Below, in pieces: positions 24,811 through 36,929 of a stretch of DNA of 64,000 nt (its first letter is position 1; the number at the start of each line of letters is the position of its first letter). The notes under the pieces were generated by a model. That model was given only the letters and a program-made list of their open reading frames with translations. It was not told the origin of the DNA and did no database searches. The translations under genes were made by a program, and so were the position numbers. Source of the DNA: Nemertoderma westbladi (taxonomy: Eukaryota > Animalia > Xenacoelomorpha); the NCBI GenBank assembly GCA_032718475.1, contig JAUCBJ010007725.1:62001-126000 (forward strand). Reading direction: 5' to 3'.

Positions 24811-27800
24811 AGTATTGGAATTAATGACTCAGAACTCAAAGTTGCAGAATATCCTGAACCAATGATTTCTGAGGAGGACCCCCCACACTATAGTGTAACT
24901 TTACCCTTCTCTGGATATAAACGGCCTTTATGTAATTATCACAAGGTCAATCAACAACAGTCTCGTGCCTTTAATCGCCTTAGTGCTACTGAACGGTCTG
25001 TTTATGTTTGCAAAATGCGTAAGCTAATTGACGACGGTATTGTTGAGTTCTCTGAATTTCCAACTGATGAAGGTTATTATATGCCCCATCATTTGGTGTT
25101 TAGTTCTGGCAAACATCGTGTTGTTTTTAATGGATCCGCCCGTGATCTGAATGGTGTTAGTTTGAATGAATGCCTAGATACTGGGCCCAATTTATTGGCC
25201 TCTTTATTGGATGTTCTCCTCCGTTTTCGCCATTATCCTTACGTGACTGTGGCAGATATTGAGGCTGCTTTCCACCAAATTGAGGTTCAGGCAGAAGATC
25301 GTTGTTGGATAAGGTTTCTGTGGGATGGCAAAATTTATAAATTTAAACGTGTCCCATTTGGTTTGAAACCCAGTTCGTTTCTTTTGCATTCTACTGTACA
25401 CCATCATGCTTCTCAGACATTCCCTCCGGCAGCGTTACCGGAGTTCTTACAGTCACTCTATTGCGATGACTATATTCATAGTAATGATAGCCTTGTTAAG
25501 TGTGAAAGTCTTCTTGAGAATGCAATTTCTTGTATGAAGTTAGCTGGTATGAATCTTAAACCAGTTAACAATCCTTCTAAGATATTAGGAGTAGCATGGG
25601 ATACCAATTTGGACACCCTCTATATTGACACATCCATCATTCCAAAACCTTCAAAGTTTACTCGCCGTGAACTTCTTACTCATTTTGGGTGTATATTTGA
25701 TCCTATGGGTATTGTCTCTCCATGGACTCTCCAGGCTAAGTTCTTGCTTCAATCAACATGGGTATCAGGAACAAATTGGGATCAACCGTTACCATTGGAA
25801 ATCCAGACTCAATGGCTCAAGTGGCTTGAGAATGTTGGTTTGGTCATAGAAATTCCTCGATGTGTTTACTTGGGCCCTTTATCTGATCTCTACATCTTTT
25901 GCGATGCATCAAAGAATGCTTATGCCTTTGTTGCATACGTAGTTAATCCGGGTTGTATTGCGACATTCTACTTTTCCAAATCAAAGGTAAAACCCAAAAC
26001 CTCTGGTATTTCTATTCCTCGAATGGAACTTCTTGCTGCATTCATCGGTTCCAAGTTTGCCAATCATGTTATTACATGCCTATTCCAACCGTCACATATA
26101 CATATGTTTAGTGACTCAACTAGTGTTCTTGGGTGGATTCGAAAGGGTGCTCCTAAAAAGGAAACATTTATTTACAATCGAATTCAGAAGATTGTAACAT
26201 ATACCGACCCAATCAGTTGGCATTATGTGCCTGGTGCTCTCAATCCGGCTGATGTTCCTTCACGTGGGTGTTCATTGCAGCTCTTGGTTAACAATCCATT
26301 ATTTTTTGAGGGTCCTCAATTTATTTCTGATCCAGATGTCCAATGGCCTGATGAGCCTTCTCCGCCTTCTCAACTTCTCACATTTGAACCTAGTTTGCTA
26401 TTGGCGAATGTAGATGTATTAGATACCCAGAGATATTCATCATTAAATGATGCTATTCGGATTATGGCTTGGATGCAACGTTTTATTCATAATGTTCGAT
26501 CTCACAGTTCCAAACAGCTTGGATCACTAACTGCACTTGAACTTTCTTCAGCTTTGTTGTTTCTTATTAAAGTAAATCAACAACATTATTATGAAAAAGA
26601 TATTCGATTCTTAATGAATCATCCCGATAAATGTGTGCCTAGCACCTCACCACTGTGGCGTTTACATCCAACTATAAAGGATGGATTACTCCTAATGGTT
26701 CCGAGAAATGGAACTGCCCTCCTTCCAATTCTGCCACATAAAAGTTACCTAACACGCCTGATTGTTGAATATTACCATAGCGGTTTAATGCATCAAGGTT
26801 ACGAATCAACATTAGCTCAAATCCGCCTCAGGTATTGGATTCCTAGTGGACGTTCATTTGTTCGTAAGGTTATACATAACTGTCCTAAATGCTCTCGTTA
26901 TCGTTCATTGCCTTATACTGCCCCTGAATCAGCATTACAGCCATTTCGCTCAAAGGCTATGACTCTCTTTGTTGTTTGTGGTATTGATTTTTTTGGGCCT
27001 ATATATTTAGTGGATGGATCTAAGTCTCAGGTTCTTCTTTTTACATGTGCTTCTACTCGGGCTATTCATTTGGAATTGGTAGCTGCTGGATCTGCCCATC
27101 TCACCAACCTTGCTATCAGGAAGTTCCTAGCCCAACGTGTTGCTCCATTTACTCATGTTGAGTTCCATTCAGATAATGCTCGGACATTTCTGAAACTGTC
27201 CACAATGAAGTTCCCCTCTCATAGGATTACATGGTATTTCATCCCTGCTCGTTCGCCACATTGGGGTGGATGGTGGGAACGCCTTATCAAGGTTGTAAAA
27301 ACATGCCTTCGTATTTCCTTACATGGGAAGCGGCTTAGTTTTGCTGAAATGGAAACAGCAGTTTGTGAGTGTGCATCGGTTGTGAACCTACGACCACTTA
27401 CATCGAACTCTACGGATCCTAATGATACTACTGCTATATCTCCCAGCGACTTCTTATATGGATATCCTCCACCGCAGGATAACTTTATTGATTATGCCGC
27501 AGTCACTTCCCCTGATCTTCGCCAAATGCTATATCTACGAGATAAAGTTGGTCGTGACATCTGGAAGGCGTGGAGGGAGAAGTATATGGCGGCTCTGGGC
27601 GTTTGGAATCGAGCATCGAATGTTTCACGACTGCCATGTGTTGGTGCCTTAGTATTGGTAAAACAATGCAGTCCTCGTGGGAAGTGGCCTTTGGCCAGAA
27701 TTACAAAACTCTTTATTGGACGGGATGATATTCCTCGTGCGGCGGAGATTCTCCTCAATGGGAAGATAACTACCCGTGGTGTACACTTGCTATATCCGCT

Positions 27801-28119
27801 GGAAATGGACTCGATGACTCATGCCAATAATCATGATACCCCAAACCGTGGGGGCGTATCTGTTGGTAACCCAGCGACAATGGTGATTGACTCCCGTAAC
27901 AATGGTGTATCAGTTGGTAATGTGCTCCGTGATGCTCCGAAACTTGGGACCAAGCTTGTCGTTAAAGACTATAACTCAGCTCCATGTTCACTTGAAGATG
28001 GAATAGTTACTAACACGGAGCCCGCCCCAGGTGTGGGGCTAACAGTACCTGTCGAGACTGCGCCTTATATTTCGAAATATGGCAGACAGGTTAAATGTCC
28101 TCCCAGATTTGGTCAGTAA
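24811..28119 (+). CDS. pol: BEL/Pao Pol (RT, RNase H, integrase), same frame as gag
   Basis: RVVFNGSA, SLNECLDTGPNL, ADIEAAFHQI, RVPFGL, YCDD; RNase H FCDAS, IPRMEL, FSDS; integrase H..H..CPKC, IDFFGP, SDNA, WWERLI. Confidence 0.93.
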   Translation, partial: SIGINDSELKVAEYPEPMISEEDPPHYSVTLPFSGYKRPLCNYHKVNQQQSRAFNRLSATERSVYVCKMRKLIDDGIVEFSEFPTDEGYYMPHHLVFSSGKHRVVFNGSARDLNGVSLNECLDTGPNLLASLLDVLLRFRHYPYVTVADIEAAFHQIEVQAEDRCWIRFLWDGKIYKFKRVPFGLKPSSFLLHSTVHHHASQTFPPAALPEFLQSLYCDDYIHSNDSLVKCESLLENAISCMKLAGMNLKPVNNPSKILGVAWDTNLDTLYIDTSIIPKPSKFTRRELLTHFGCIFDPMGIVSPWTLQAKFLLQSTWVSGTNWDQPLPLEIQTQWLKWLENVGLVIEIPRCVYLGPLSDLYIFCDASKNAYAFVAYVVNPGCIATFYFSKSKVKPKTSGISIPRMELLAAFIGSKFANHVITCLFQPSHIHMFSDSTSVLGWIRKGAPKKETFIYNRIQKIVTYTDPISWHYVPGALNPADVPSRGCSLQLLVNNPLFFEGPQFISDPDVQWPDEPSPPSQLLTFEPSLLLANVDVLDTQRYSSLNDAIRIMAWMQRFIHNVRSHSSKQLGSLTALELSSALLFLIKVNQQHYYEKDIRFLMNHPDKCVPSTSPLWRLHPTIKDGLLLMVPRNGTALLPILPHKSYLTRLIVEYYHSGLMHQGYESTLAQIRLRYWIPSGRSFVRKVIHNCPKCSRYRSLPYTAPESALQPFRSKAMTLFVVCGIDFFGPIYLVDGSKSQVLLFTCASTRAIHLELVAAGSAHLTNLAIRKFLAQRVAPFTHVEFHSDNARTFLKLSTMKFPSHRITWYFIPARSPHWGGWWERLIKVVKTCLRISLHGKRLSFAEMETAVCECASVVNLRPLTSNSTDPNDTTAISPSDFLYGYPPPQDNFIDYAAVTSPDLRQMLYLRDKVGRDIWKAWREKYMAALGVWNRASNVSRLPCVGALVLVKQCSPRGKWPLARITKLFIGRDDIPRAAEILLNGKITTRGVHLLYPLEMDSMTHANNHDTPNRGGVSVGNPATMVIDSRNNGVSVGNVLRDAPKLGTKLVVKDYNSAPCSLEDGIVTNTEPAPGVGLTVPVETAPYISKYGRQVKCPPRFGQ

Positions 28120-28421
28120 TATGAATTGCAATACGTGGTATAATAAAATTAAGTTTGTATCACTATATAACAAAGATTACTTAAATTTCGAAGTTAATAT
28201 TATTTGTTGTATTAGTATTATTGTATTAGTAAGAGAGAAAGAATTGAGTATTGACTTGAAAATTAACTCCAGACTTATTCTGATTCATTGCTAAATATGA
28301 TGTATTGATGTACTGATTATTCTGATTGCATATCTGGTTTTTGAGTTTTTTTTATTTTATTTGTTGATGGAAATTATTTTCTTCTTTTTTTCGTAGTATT
28401 ATTAACTACGACGTGGGGGTT

Positions 28422-28673
28422 TGTGAAATATTATTTTCACTTTACCTACCTTTTTGGTTATACTGTAGGTTTTTAGCAGTATCTTATCTGAGTTTTGTGG
28501 TTCACATTCAGACTGCTTGTTACCTACCGGTTTTTGGTGTTTATATACCTGATACCTATTTTACTGTATTACAGTATTACCTATATTGCTCGGAGTTTCC
28601 TGACAAATATATACATACAGATATCTGCATACGATTATGATTTTCATATCTTTATTCGTACCAGTATTCTACA
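28422..28673 (+). repeat. 3' LTR
   Basis: Near-identical to 22095-22346, preceded by gtgggggt. Confidence 0.95.
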
Positions 28674-30471
28674 AAGACAAAACATTTTAGAAAAAACTGG
28701 AAACTAAAACAATGAATTTAAGCACAAATTTTGCAAATTTAAGGTTTAAGTAAAGATAAAATACTTTAGAAAATTTAACATATAACAATATTTAACAAGT
28801 TAAATTGAAGTTTAAAAACGAAAAAGACTTTCATTGCATTGTGACATCCTGACACCAGTAAATAAGACAAAACATTTTAGAAAAAACTGCAAACTAAATC
28901 AATGAATTTAAGCACAAATTTTGCAAAATCAACGTTTAAGTCACAGGTATCAGAACATTTTCGCCTACATTATACCATATATATGTATCAAGTCACCCTA
29001 TTTTGAGACACACTTTCAAAAAACGCGCACTCCACCCCCAATTCATATGAAAATTTGTAAATTTTTTTTAGGATCATAATATTCAAACTCATCTATTAGC
29101 ATCTGTAAAAATAATTTTTGAACAACATTAACCCAGTGTCAAAAATTCGACCTATATTTTGACTTTGAAAAAAAGTGAATTTTTGAACAAGGCATTCTTG
29201 GCTCTAGTGATCACAAATGCGAAGCAATGACAAAATTTATTTTACTATTTGATAGACAATTTATTCAGACATCTTCTAATATTTCAATTTTTATCATAAC
29301 ATCACGCAATCACCCACAATCCGTTAAAGAAAAAAAGTATAACTTGCTGTATCAAGTCACCTCAATGTATCAAGTCACCCCGAATTACGGTACTACTACT
29401 ACAACTACAGCACTATCTGACTATTACTGTCAGACAGTCCAGACTGTATTTATGTTAACATAATTGGAAAATTTCCGTGCTCGCTACGCTCGCATTTTAA
29501 TGTTAACATACTGTAGCGTAGGGCTACAAAATTATAAACTGATAAATTATTACAATTAAGCAATTACTGCAAAATTTCATAGTCAATTGTTGGCTTGGCG
29601 CGCATTAGTTATCATGGCTGGCGCGATTTTCGTTTAACCAGAACGCGTGTGGCGCGCTTTTTGTCAGTATTCCATATAGGCCGATTGGGTCCGATGTGGT
29701 ACCGATTGGGTCTGATGTGGTACCGATTGGGTCCGATGTGGTACCCATAAGGTCCGATGTGATGTATGTATACCTGCAGACAGGTACAGTAGGCCTACTG
29801 TATAAGTAGGGGCAATAGTCTCTGCATTACAGCATTAGATATTGTAGTATCTAGTACCTACTGCAGTGCAGTACCGGTTACCACCAGCATGACCTGTTGT
29901 CAGAAAGACTAACAATTACTGAATTACTGATACGAGTTTGGTCAGTTGGCTGGTTGGTGCTGGAACTTGTTATTTACATCCTAAATTGCTATTTTGTGGC
30001 CGATGTGGCTCCGATGTGGCCCCGATGTGGTCCGATGTGGCCCCGATGTGGTCCGATGTGGTCCGATGTGGTACCGATTGGGTCCGATGTGGCTTTTAGA
30101 CGGACCCATACATAGTCCTACAACAACAACATCTCAGCATCTGAACATACTGCTGTACTGCAGTACTGCGGCAGTCAGCAGTACTGCACAGCTGTAGGCC
30201 TATGTACCGTACCGGTACAACAACAACACAAATCCATGAATTCTGAAATTGGTAAAATGTACGGTAATCTGGTAATTTAGCTACTGCTGTACTTCTGGGC
30301 GGGTAAGTATTCATAGAGTTAGTATTAGTTACAGCTACCTAGTGACAGCTTTTAGTAAGAGGTACAAGGCTGCAAGGCCTGCAATTATGTTTAGTAAGTG
30401 TAAGAGCTATCTGTTATTAAAAACAACTGATTTTAGTAAGAGCTATCTGTTACTAAAAACACCTGATTTAA

Positions 30472-30748
30472 CTGAACTAAATTCGCATGCATTGGAACTA
30501 AATTCGTATCCATTGGAACTAAATTCGCTTCAATTGGAACTAAATTCGCATGCATTGGAACTAAATTCGTATCCATTGGAACTAAGTTCGTTTTGATATT
30601 CTGGGATTGGAACTAAGTTCGCCTCGATTGGAACTAAGCAGCTGAGTTCGCTTTGTAAAATTTATTTTGGAACTAAGTTCATTTCAATTGGAACTAAGTT
30701 CGCCTCTGAAAATGTGCGATTGGAATTGGAACTAAGTTCGTGCTACCG
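30472..30748. repeat. ~21-bp tandem repeat (ttggaactaaattcg...), probably a MITE remnant
   Basis: About 11 units ending in aagttcgtgctacc; the inverse ggtagcacgaactta occurs at ~37223. Confidence 0.65.
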
Positions 30749-31442
30749 TTTCAACTACCAGTAGCTCCTAAAAAATATCAGTATTCATAAACTGTTACTA
30801 AACTTTAAATAGTTCTAGCCTATTAGTAGCAGTGCCGGTACTTTAACTTATGTTTATCTAAAAGCTTTCAGTTTCAACTTAAGGACGGTAGCTATGCCTG
30901 CATGTCTCTATGTTTACTGTGGGGCGAGCCACGAAGTTGGCGGAGGCTTAGCGAATTGACACTGTTAGGGGGTGGGTCAATTTATGCAAATAGTTGTCGT
31001 CGTCGTCGTTGTCGTCGTCGTCGTCGTTGTCGTCGTCGTCATCGTCGTCGTCGTCGTTACGATTTTGACATGCTAATAACTTTGTCGGATTTAAAGCTGC
31101 CAAGTTGAAAATTTGTAGGTATCAATATGAGCAAAAGTTGAGATTTTTGAGAGACTTTCAGACACCATCAGTGCAATGGTCTCCCGCTAGAGGGCCACAT
31201 GTCTAAACATTAAATGCCCTCCCATTTCTTTGCTTTTAATCCGTTTAAGCTGAAACTTGGCAGATATGTATTAGACCATTAGCTGTGACTTTCAAAGGAG
31301 GCGAATCCATCTGCAGTTCTCCAGTCTGCCGCTAGAGGGCCAAAGGTCTGAAAGTGAAATCGTTGTCGTCGTTACGATTTTGACATGCTAATAACTTTGT
31401 CGGATTTAAAGCTGCCAAGTTGAAAATGCCAAGTTGCTGCCA

Positions 31443-33312
31443 AGGTCAAAAGTGATAAAAGAATGACTGTGTTTATTGAAAATAGGTTGAAAGAAATATG
31501 AAATACAAGTAACATCAACTTTAGATATGTGAACACGCAAGATAATCCTGCTGATATTGCAACTAGGTGCCAATATACAACCAAACAGCTCTACAATAGC
31601 ACATTATGGTGGAATGGACCAAAATGGATCATAAGTGATATATCATTATGGCCCAATTGGGGAGTTGAAGAAATAACAAAAAAAACAATTGATGCAATAC
31701 AGGGTTGCATGTCCTCCAAAATACTATTCGAAGCTTCTCTTCCAATTATAACCAAGAAATCTTATGAAATGAAGACTACACCATTTGGACTAGATATAAA
31801 TAAATATTCAAAGTGGATCAGAATCCTACGTATTTCTGCATGGATTCAGAGATTTATTATAAACTGTCATGGAAAGACGAAACTGAATGGATGCCTAACG
31901 ACTACAGAAATCAACGATGCGAAATTAATTTGGGAGAAATACATACAATCGAACCACTTCAAAGACATAATACATGATATCATCAATGGGAAAAGAAACA
32001 ACCTTATTAATCAACTTGGATTAAAGATAGACAACGATGGCCTAATCAGATGCTATGGAAGATTGGAAAACATCAGTAATGATGATTATTGCAAATTTCC
32101 CAAACTTCTTCCAAAGTCATCTCCATTAACTACACTAATAATAGAACACATTCATGTAAGTAGACTACATGCGTGGATTAACCACACATTATCAACCCTG
32201 CGCAAAGAGTACTGGATACCACAGGGAAGAAAAGCCGTGCGGTCAGTTCTGCTCATATGCAAGACCTGCCGAAAATGGGAAGGAGGACCTTACAAATTAC
32301 CAATTATGCCTCCTTTGCCCTTACTAAGAACTACTGAAGCTATTGCTTTCCAACACATTGGATTAGATTACCTAGGACCATTATACATACAACTTCCTTC
32401 AAAGGAAAATGTAAAAACATGGGTATGTCTTTTCACTTGTTTAGTAGTGAGATCAATTCATCTCGAACTAGCTGCTAATCAATCATCTGAAGAATTCTTA
32501 ATGTGTGTACGACGATTTGTCTCTAGGAGAGGAACTCCTACTAATATAATTTGTGACAATGCTGGTCAGTTCAAACTCACAGACACTGTCATGAATAACT
32601 TATGGAAAAAGGTCACAAATGATGAAGATGTATTATCATACATTTCCACTAAAGGAATAAACATTAAATATATACCAGAACTATCACCATGGATGGGTGG
32701 ATTCTATGAGAGAATGGTTGGTATAATAAAACGTACACTGCGAAAAACTCTAGGAAAATTGCGTCTTAACTATCTACAATTGTATACTGTTATGACAGAG
32801 GTAGAAGCTGTGGTCAATACACGACCCTTAACTTACGTTGGTGCGGATCTGGAAGATAGATACGTCCTAACTCCCAATGATTTTCTAACTATCAACACTA
32901 AACCTGGGATTCCTTATATCGAAATTGAAAATGAGAAGGATAAAGATTACACGCCGGGAACAAAGAAATCCAAAGCCTAGACCTACTAGAGTATTGGAAG
33001 AAAGGAATGATATATTTAAATCAATGCTGGACAATATTCAATGATGAATATCTTACCAGCCTAAGAGAACGATATCAAAGACACATTAAACAGAATCATG
33101 CTGTAGATACTGAAGTAAAAATAGGATCCATTGTAATAATAAAGGAGAAAAACCTACCAAGGGGATCGTGGAAGTTAGGTAAAGTAACTCAACTTATCCA
33201 GAGTCATGACGGGCTGATACGATCTGTCAAACTAACTCTCCCTTCAAAAAGGATTATAACAAGGCCATTGAAACTGCTATATCCTTTAGAATATGATGAA
33301 TATATATATTGA
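31443..33312 (+). pseudogene. pol: 5'-truncated BEL/Pao pol (RNase H C-terminus + integrase) with a stop and a frameshift
   Basis: NPADIATR, WWNGPKW, H..H..CKTC, LDYLGP, CDNA, GGFYERMV, GSWKLGKV; TGA near 31499, frameshift near 32978. Confidence 0.88.
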
Positions 33313-33335
33313 AAAACTTTTTTTTGAAGGCGGAG

Positions 33336-33578
33336 TGTCTTGACACATATATGACCTAAGTCCCAATTATTGTAAGCAGTAGTGTTAGTCAGTATGTGTT
33401 ACCGGTAGTGCAGTAGTGTTAGACGGACCAGTCAGTAGTGTCTTTTTTATAGTTAGAACTGAAATTGTCAGACAAAATGAGTATCAAGAATACTGGAATA
33501 CATAATGCAGTAATGTCATATCGGCATATTATTATTTCATATTATATTGACCGCAATTGAATGAGTGAATCCAAAACA
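33336..33578 (+). repeat. 3' LTR of the truncated BEL/Pao copy
   Basis: PPT gaaggcggag then tgtcttgac...ccaaaaca, after which the host repeat unit (atatgagc.aaagttgag) resumes. Confidence 0.7.
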
Positions 33579-35072
33579 ATATGAGCTAAAGTTGAGATTT
33601 TTGAGAGACTTTCAGACACCATCAGTGCAATGGTCTCCCGCTAGAGGGCCACATGTCTAAACATTAAATGCCCTCCCATTTCTTTGCTTTTAATCCGTTT
33701 AAGCTGAAACTTGGCAGATATGTATTAGACCATTAGCTGTGACTTTCAAAGGAGGCGAATCCATCTGCAGTTCTCCAGTCTACCGCTAGAGGGCCAAATG
33801 TCTGAAAGTGAAATCGTTGTCGTCGTTATGATATTGACATGCTTATAACTTTGTCGAATTTAAAGCTGCCAAGTTGAAAATTTGTTTTGTTGAAAATCAG
33901 TTCAACAGTCACCCGCTATAGGACTACTTTATGCCTGAAAGTGAATAGATTCTCCCGTCTCATTGATTTTAATCAGTTTAAGCTGAATCTTGGCATATAT
34001 TCTGGACCACATGCTGCGTCTTTGTGGGGGGGGGGGGGGGGGGGATTTAATCGGTCTGCCGCTATACGACGAAATTTCTGAAAGTGAGATCCGTCTCTCA
34101 TTTCGTTATCCGTTATTCAAGATGAAACTTGGCCGATGTACGTATGTACTATTCATCCATAGGCTGTGTCTTTGTGGGGCTGGAGACCCTAATCCATCTT
34201 CAGTTCTCACTATACCGCTAGAGTCAGAAATGTCTGAATAGAAATGAAAGAGGTAAAAAGTGATTAGGCGAAATCTGCTTAAAATTTGCTAATACAGTAA
34301 TACTTTCGAATTAGTACTTAAATTAAATTTAAGTCACGTGCTGCGCGAAGGCCCCACTTCGTGTTTTACTTGTATTGATAGCCTAGATTATTAAACCCAT
34401 TTTGCCATTAATTTCTTTGGTCATTAAAACAATTCCTGTTTTCCAGTAAATTTTTTTCGTTATCAAATATATATTTCCCCCACTCAATTTAATTATCACT
34501 AAAATATATTTTTGAATCATCAAAACTAAATCTGTTACGGCCTATGGTAATAAAATCCCTTTATTATTTAGGTTAGAATAACGTGGCGCTGTAACCTGCC
34601 CTTTCCTACATTTTAGCAATAATTTAATAGATTAATAGATTCAATGTTAATTAATAGGTTTTAGTGGAAACTGAATATTTTAGTGATTTTCCTGTTAAAA
34701 ATTTAATAAAAAATTATTATTTTTAGTAAGGCGATAAATCAATTGGCTACGATTATCGAATACCATTATTTACATTCGTTAATTGAGAGGAAAATATGAA
34801 ATGGGAACGCTCCCGCTTTTTCATCTTGCGAAAGTTAGCGAATGGAAGAATTCTTTAGCGAAACACATTTTTCAATCTCACCATTCAACAATGTAAGCTG
34901 AAATTTGGAAATTTAAGTCGGATATACAGTATGTTTAAAAAACAACAAGCTTTATGTTGTTACATTTGACAGTTTCTTTGCAACAAAACATTTGCAATGA
35001 ACGCATAATTCTAGAAAAACAGGAGAGACGAGTTTAATGTGGCCGGAATCGTCATTAACAGAATAGCCATAC

Positions 35073-36283
35073 TGTTCGCGCTTTCAGACCTTTGGCAGTT
35101 TAACCCGCCAAATTAGGATGTCTTCTAGATAATAATTCGCTTTTAGCCTATGACAAGTATTTGATTCACTACACTAGTCGAAACCAATCTGTGCGCGATC
35201 ATTCACCCGCTGGATATACCCGGGAGATTGGGTTCGACGGCTTAATCTTTTTGCTATGTAAGCCTAATGTATTATTCGACTGACAGTATTATATAATCTC
35301 TGACAATATTATTCACCTTCGGGAAATATTAACAGTTCCTTTAGGACGTGGCGCTCTATCTATATAAACAGAGTTATGACTTAAACTACTCACAACGATA
35401 TGGCTTAGTTATAATTCACATATATGGCGCATTCTTTAGGAAATGCTTCGTTATCAGTCTCACTCATACACAATGCTGCACAATACTGCACACTAATCTG
35501 CCGATCTTCACTGATTTTAGTCACATATAAAAGGAACACGGACCGACTCATGTAGGGTCTATCAAATAACATTAGATTCACTTCAAACCACTTTAACATA
35601 AGTCACAATCGTTATATGTAACCTTTCTCTCTTACCTTCGGTATATCAAGAATATTGGGGTTTCGGGGTTATTTATCGTTATTCCAAATATAATAATTCA
35701 TCAACCATATTATGAAGAACCGACAGTAAATAGCAGTATAACAATATAAAAGTATGCACCAGTGTGTGGTACATGCAGTTCAGTAAGTTGAGTTGCACAG
35801 TGATTCAGTGATAACGGATATATGTCCTTATAATTAAGCCTACTAGTGTTAGGCTAAAACAGCAAAGCACAAAATATTTCCAAGCCGCTCTCTCCTGGCT
35901 CAGGACAGAATGTAAACACTGCACAATAAGCATTGAGTGATTTCTAGGAAATTTCTGTACAAGAGCCATAAAAATGCTCTGATTGGCTGACTGAACTGAG
36001 AGACGCCGTAGAACAAAGAAAATCAACACGTATGAATGTCAGCTGTTAACCGTCGTCATAGTAACTACTGTTCAAGAGTAGCTATCACCTTTTGCGTCAC
36101 GGAATTGCCATAGAATCATCAACTATGCCTTCCACAGTACACATACGGAGGAAATAGCTCTTAGATCCTCTAAAAACACCGATACAGCAATAATACGGTT
36201 TCTTACACCTATTAAATCAACTACAGAGTATTTTAATGTAAAAATAATAAAAATAACGGGGCAATTCAGCAAAGGCTTTTACA
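35073..36283 (-). repeat. 3' LTR of giant BEL/Pao element
   Basis: Near-identical to 60551-61761. Confidence 0.95.
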
Positions 36284-36929
36284 CCGCTCCCAGAAAATGG
36301 GATTTTCAGTCTATAAAATATAAAAATCACAGTTTCTAAAACTAGTCGAGTAGACGCTTGGTACATTTTACTGACGAACCGTTCTCCAGCGTATGACTGC
36401 AATTTTATTTGCTCATGATGTTGTTCAACATTATAACAATAAATTTTCGCTATAAAGACTTTGGGAAAGGTTGAGCAATTTTTTTTATTGCCGTTTGTTT
36501 GGAGGATAAAATCATAACAAAATTACCAAAAAAATGTTAATCTATGTAGAGAATGTGTTAGCAACAACATTAAACATTCTAGAATATTATGTTTTTATGA
36601 TTCAAAACATTGCAGTAATAAGTTATATTTAGTTAGGCAATGAAAATTTATTATGGTTCAAAACACTGCAGTAATAAGTTACATTTAGGCAATGAAAATG
36701 ACCTTAAAGAGAGTTGGAGGCGACGAGTGTGCTTTGACTAAAATAATTAAAAAATATTGTGATTAATAGTGACATTTAGTTTTGAGAAAGATTGTCCTAT
36801 CTGGATCTACCGCCTTATGTAAGGCGTTAGATCCAAAAAATCCAAAAGTTGGAAACGCTAGAAAAATGCAGCGATAGCAATATGAGAAAGGACTTTTGCC
36901 ATTTGCGAAACAAGATTGCCTCGATACGA

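Larger units (their letters stand above)
22095..28673 (+). mobile_element. Full-length BEL/Pao LTR retrotransposon, young
   Basis: 252-bp TG...CA LTRs at 22095-22346 and 28422-28673 with one visible mismatch; 5-bp TSD AAGAC (22090-22094, 28674-28678); tRNA-Tyr-like PBS; G-rich PPT; gag-PR-RT-RH-IN order. Confidence 0.97.
19855..29390. mobile_element. Tc1/mariner (pogo-like) non-autonomous element, expanded by nested insertions
   Basis: TA|ccgtaattcggg..ggggtgacttgatac at left and gtatcaagtcaccccgaattacgg|TA at right; internal ggggtgacttgatac sub-repeats. Confidence 0.8.
17113..30107. mobile_element. Foldback/MULE-like non-autonomous DNA element with ~340-bp TIRs and internal tandem arrays; hosts nested elements
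   Basis: TIRs 17113-~17447 and ~29765-30107 (gggtccgt..ctaaaagccacatcgg / ccgatgtggcttttagacggaccc); 8-bp TSD ATACATAG at 17105-17112 and 30108-30115. Confidence 0.85.
30915..34373. mobile_element. DINE-1/Helentron-like non-autonomous element with (GTC)n microsatellite and ~310-bp internal tandem units, interrupted by a BEL fragment
   Basis: Ends tactgtggggcgagccacgaagt and cgtgctgcgcgaaggccccac are the reverse complements of the ends of 36930-38185; same end motif at ~10710-10765. Confidence 0.55.

Noticed and set aside
35073-36283. Segmental duplication with identical small ORFs at 35348-36029 and 60826-61507
   Set aside because: TG..CA ends and the CATAC TSD show these are LTRs; the ORFs are incidental
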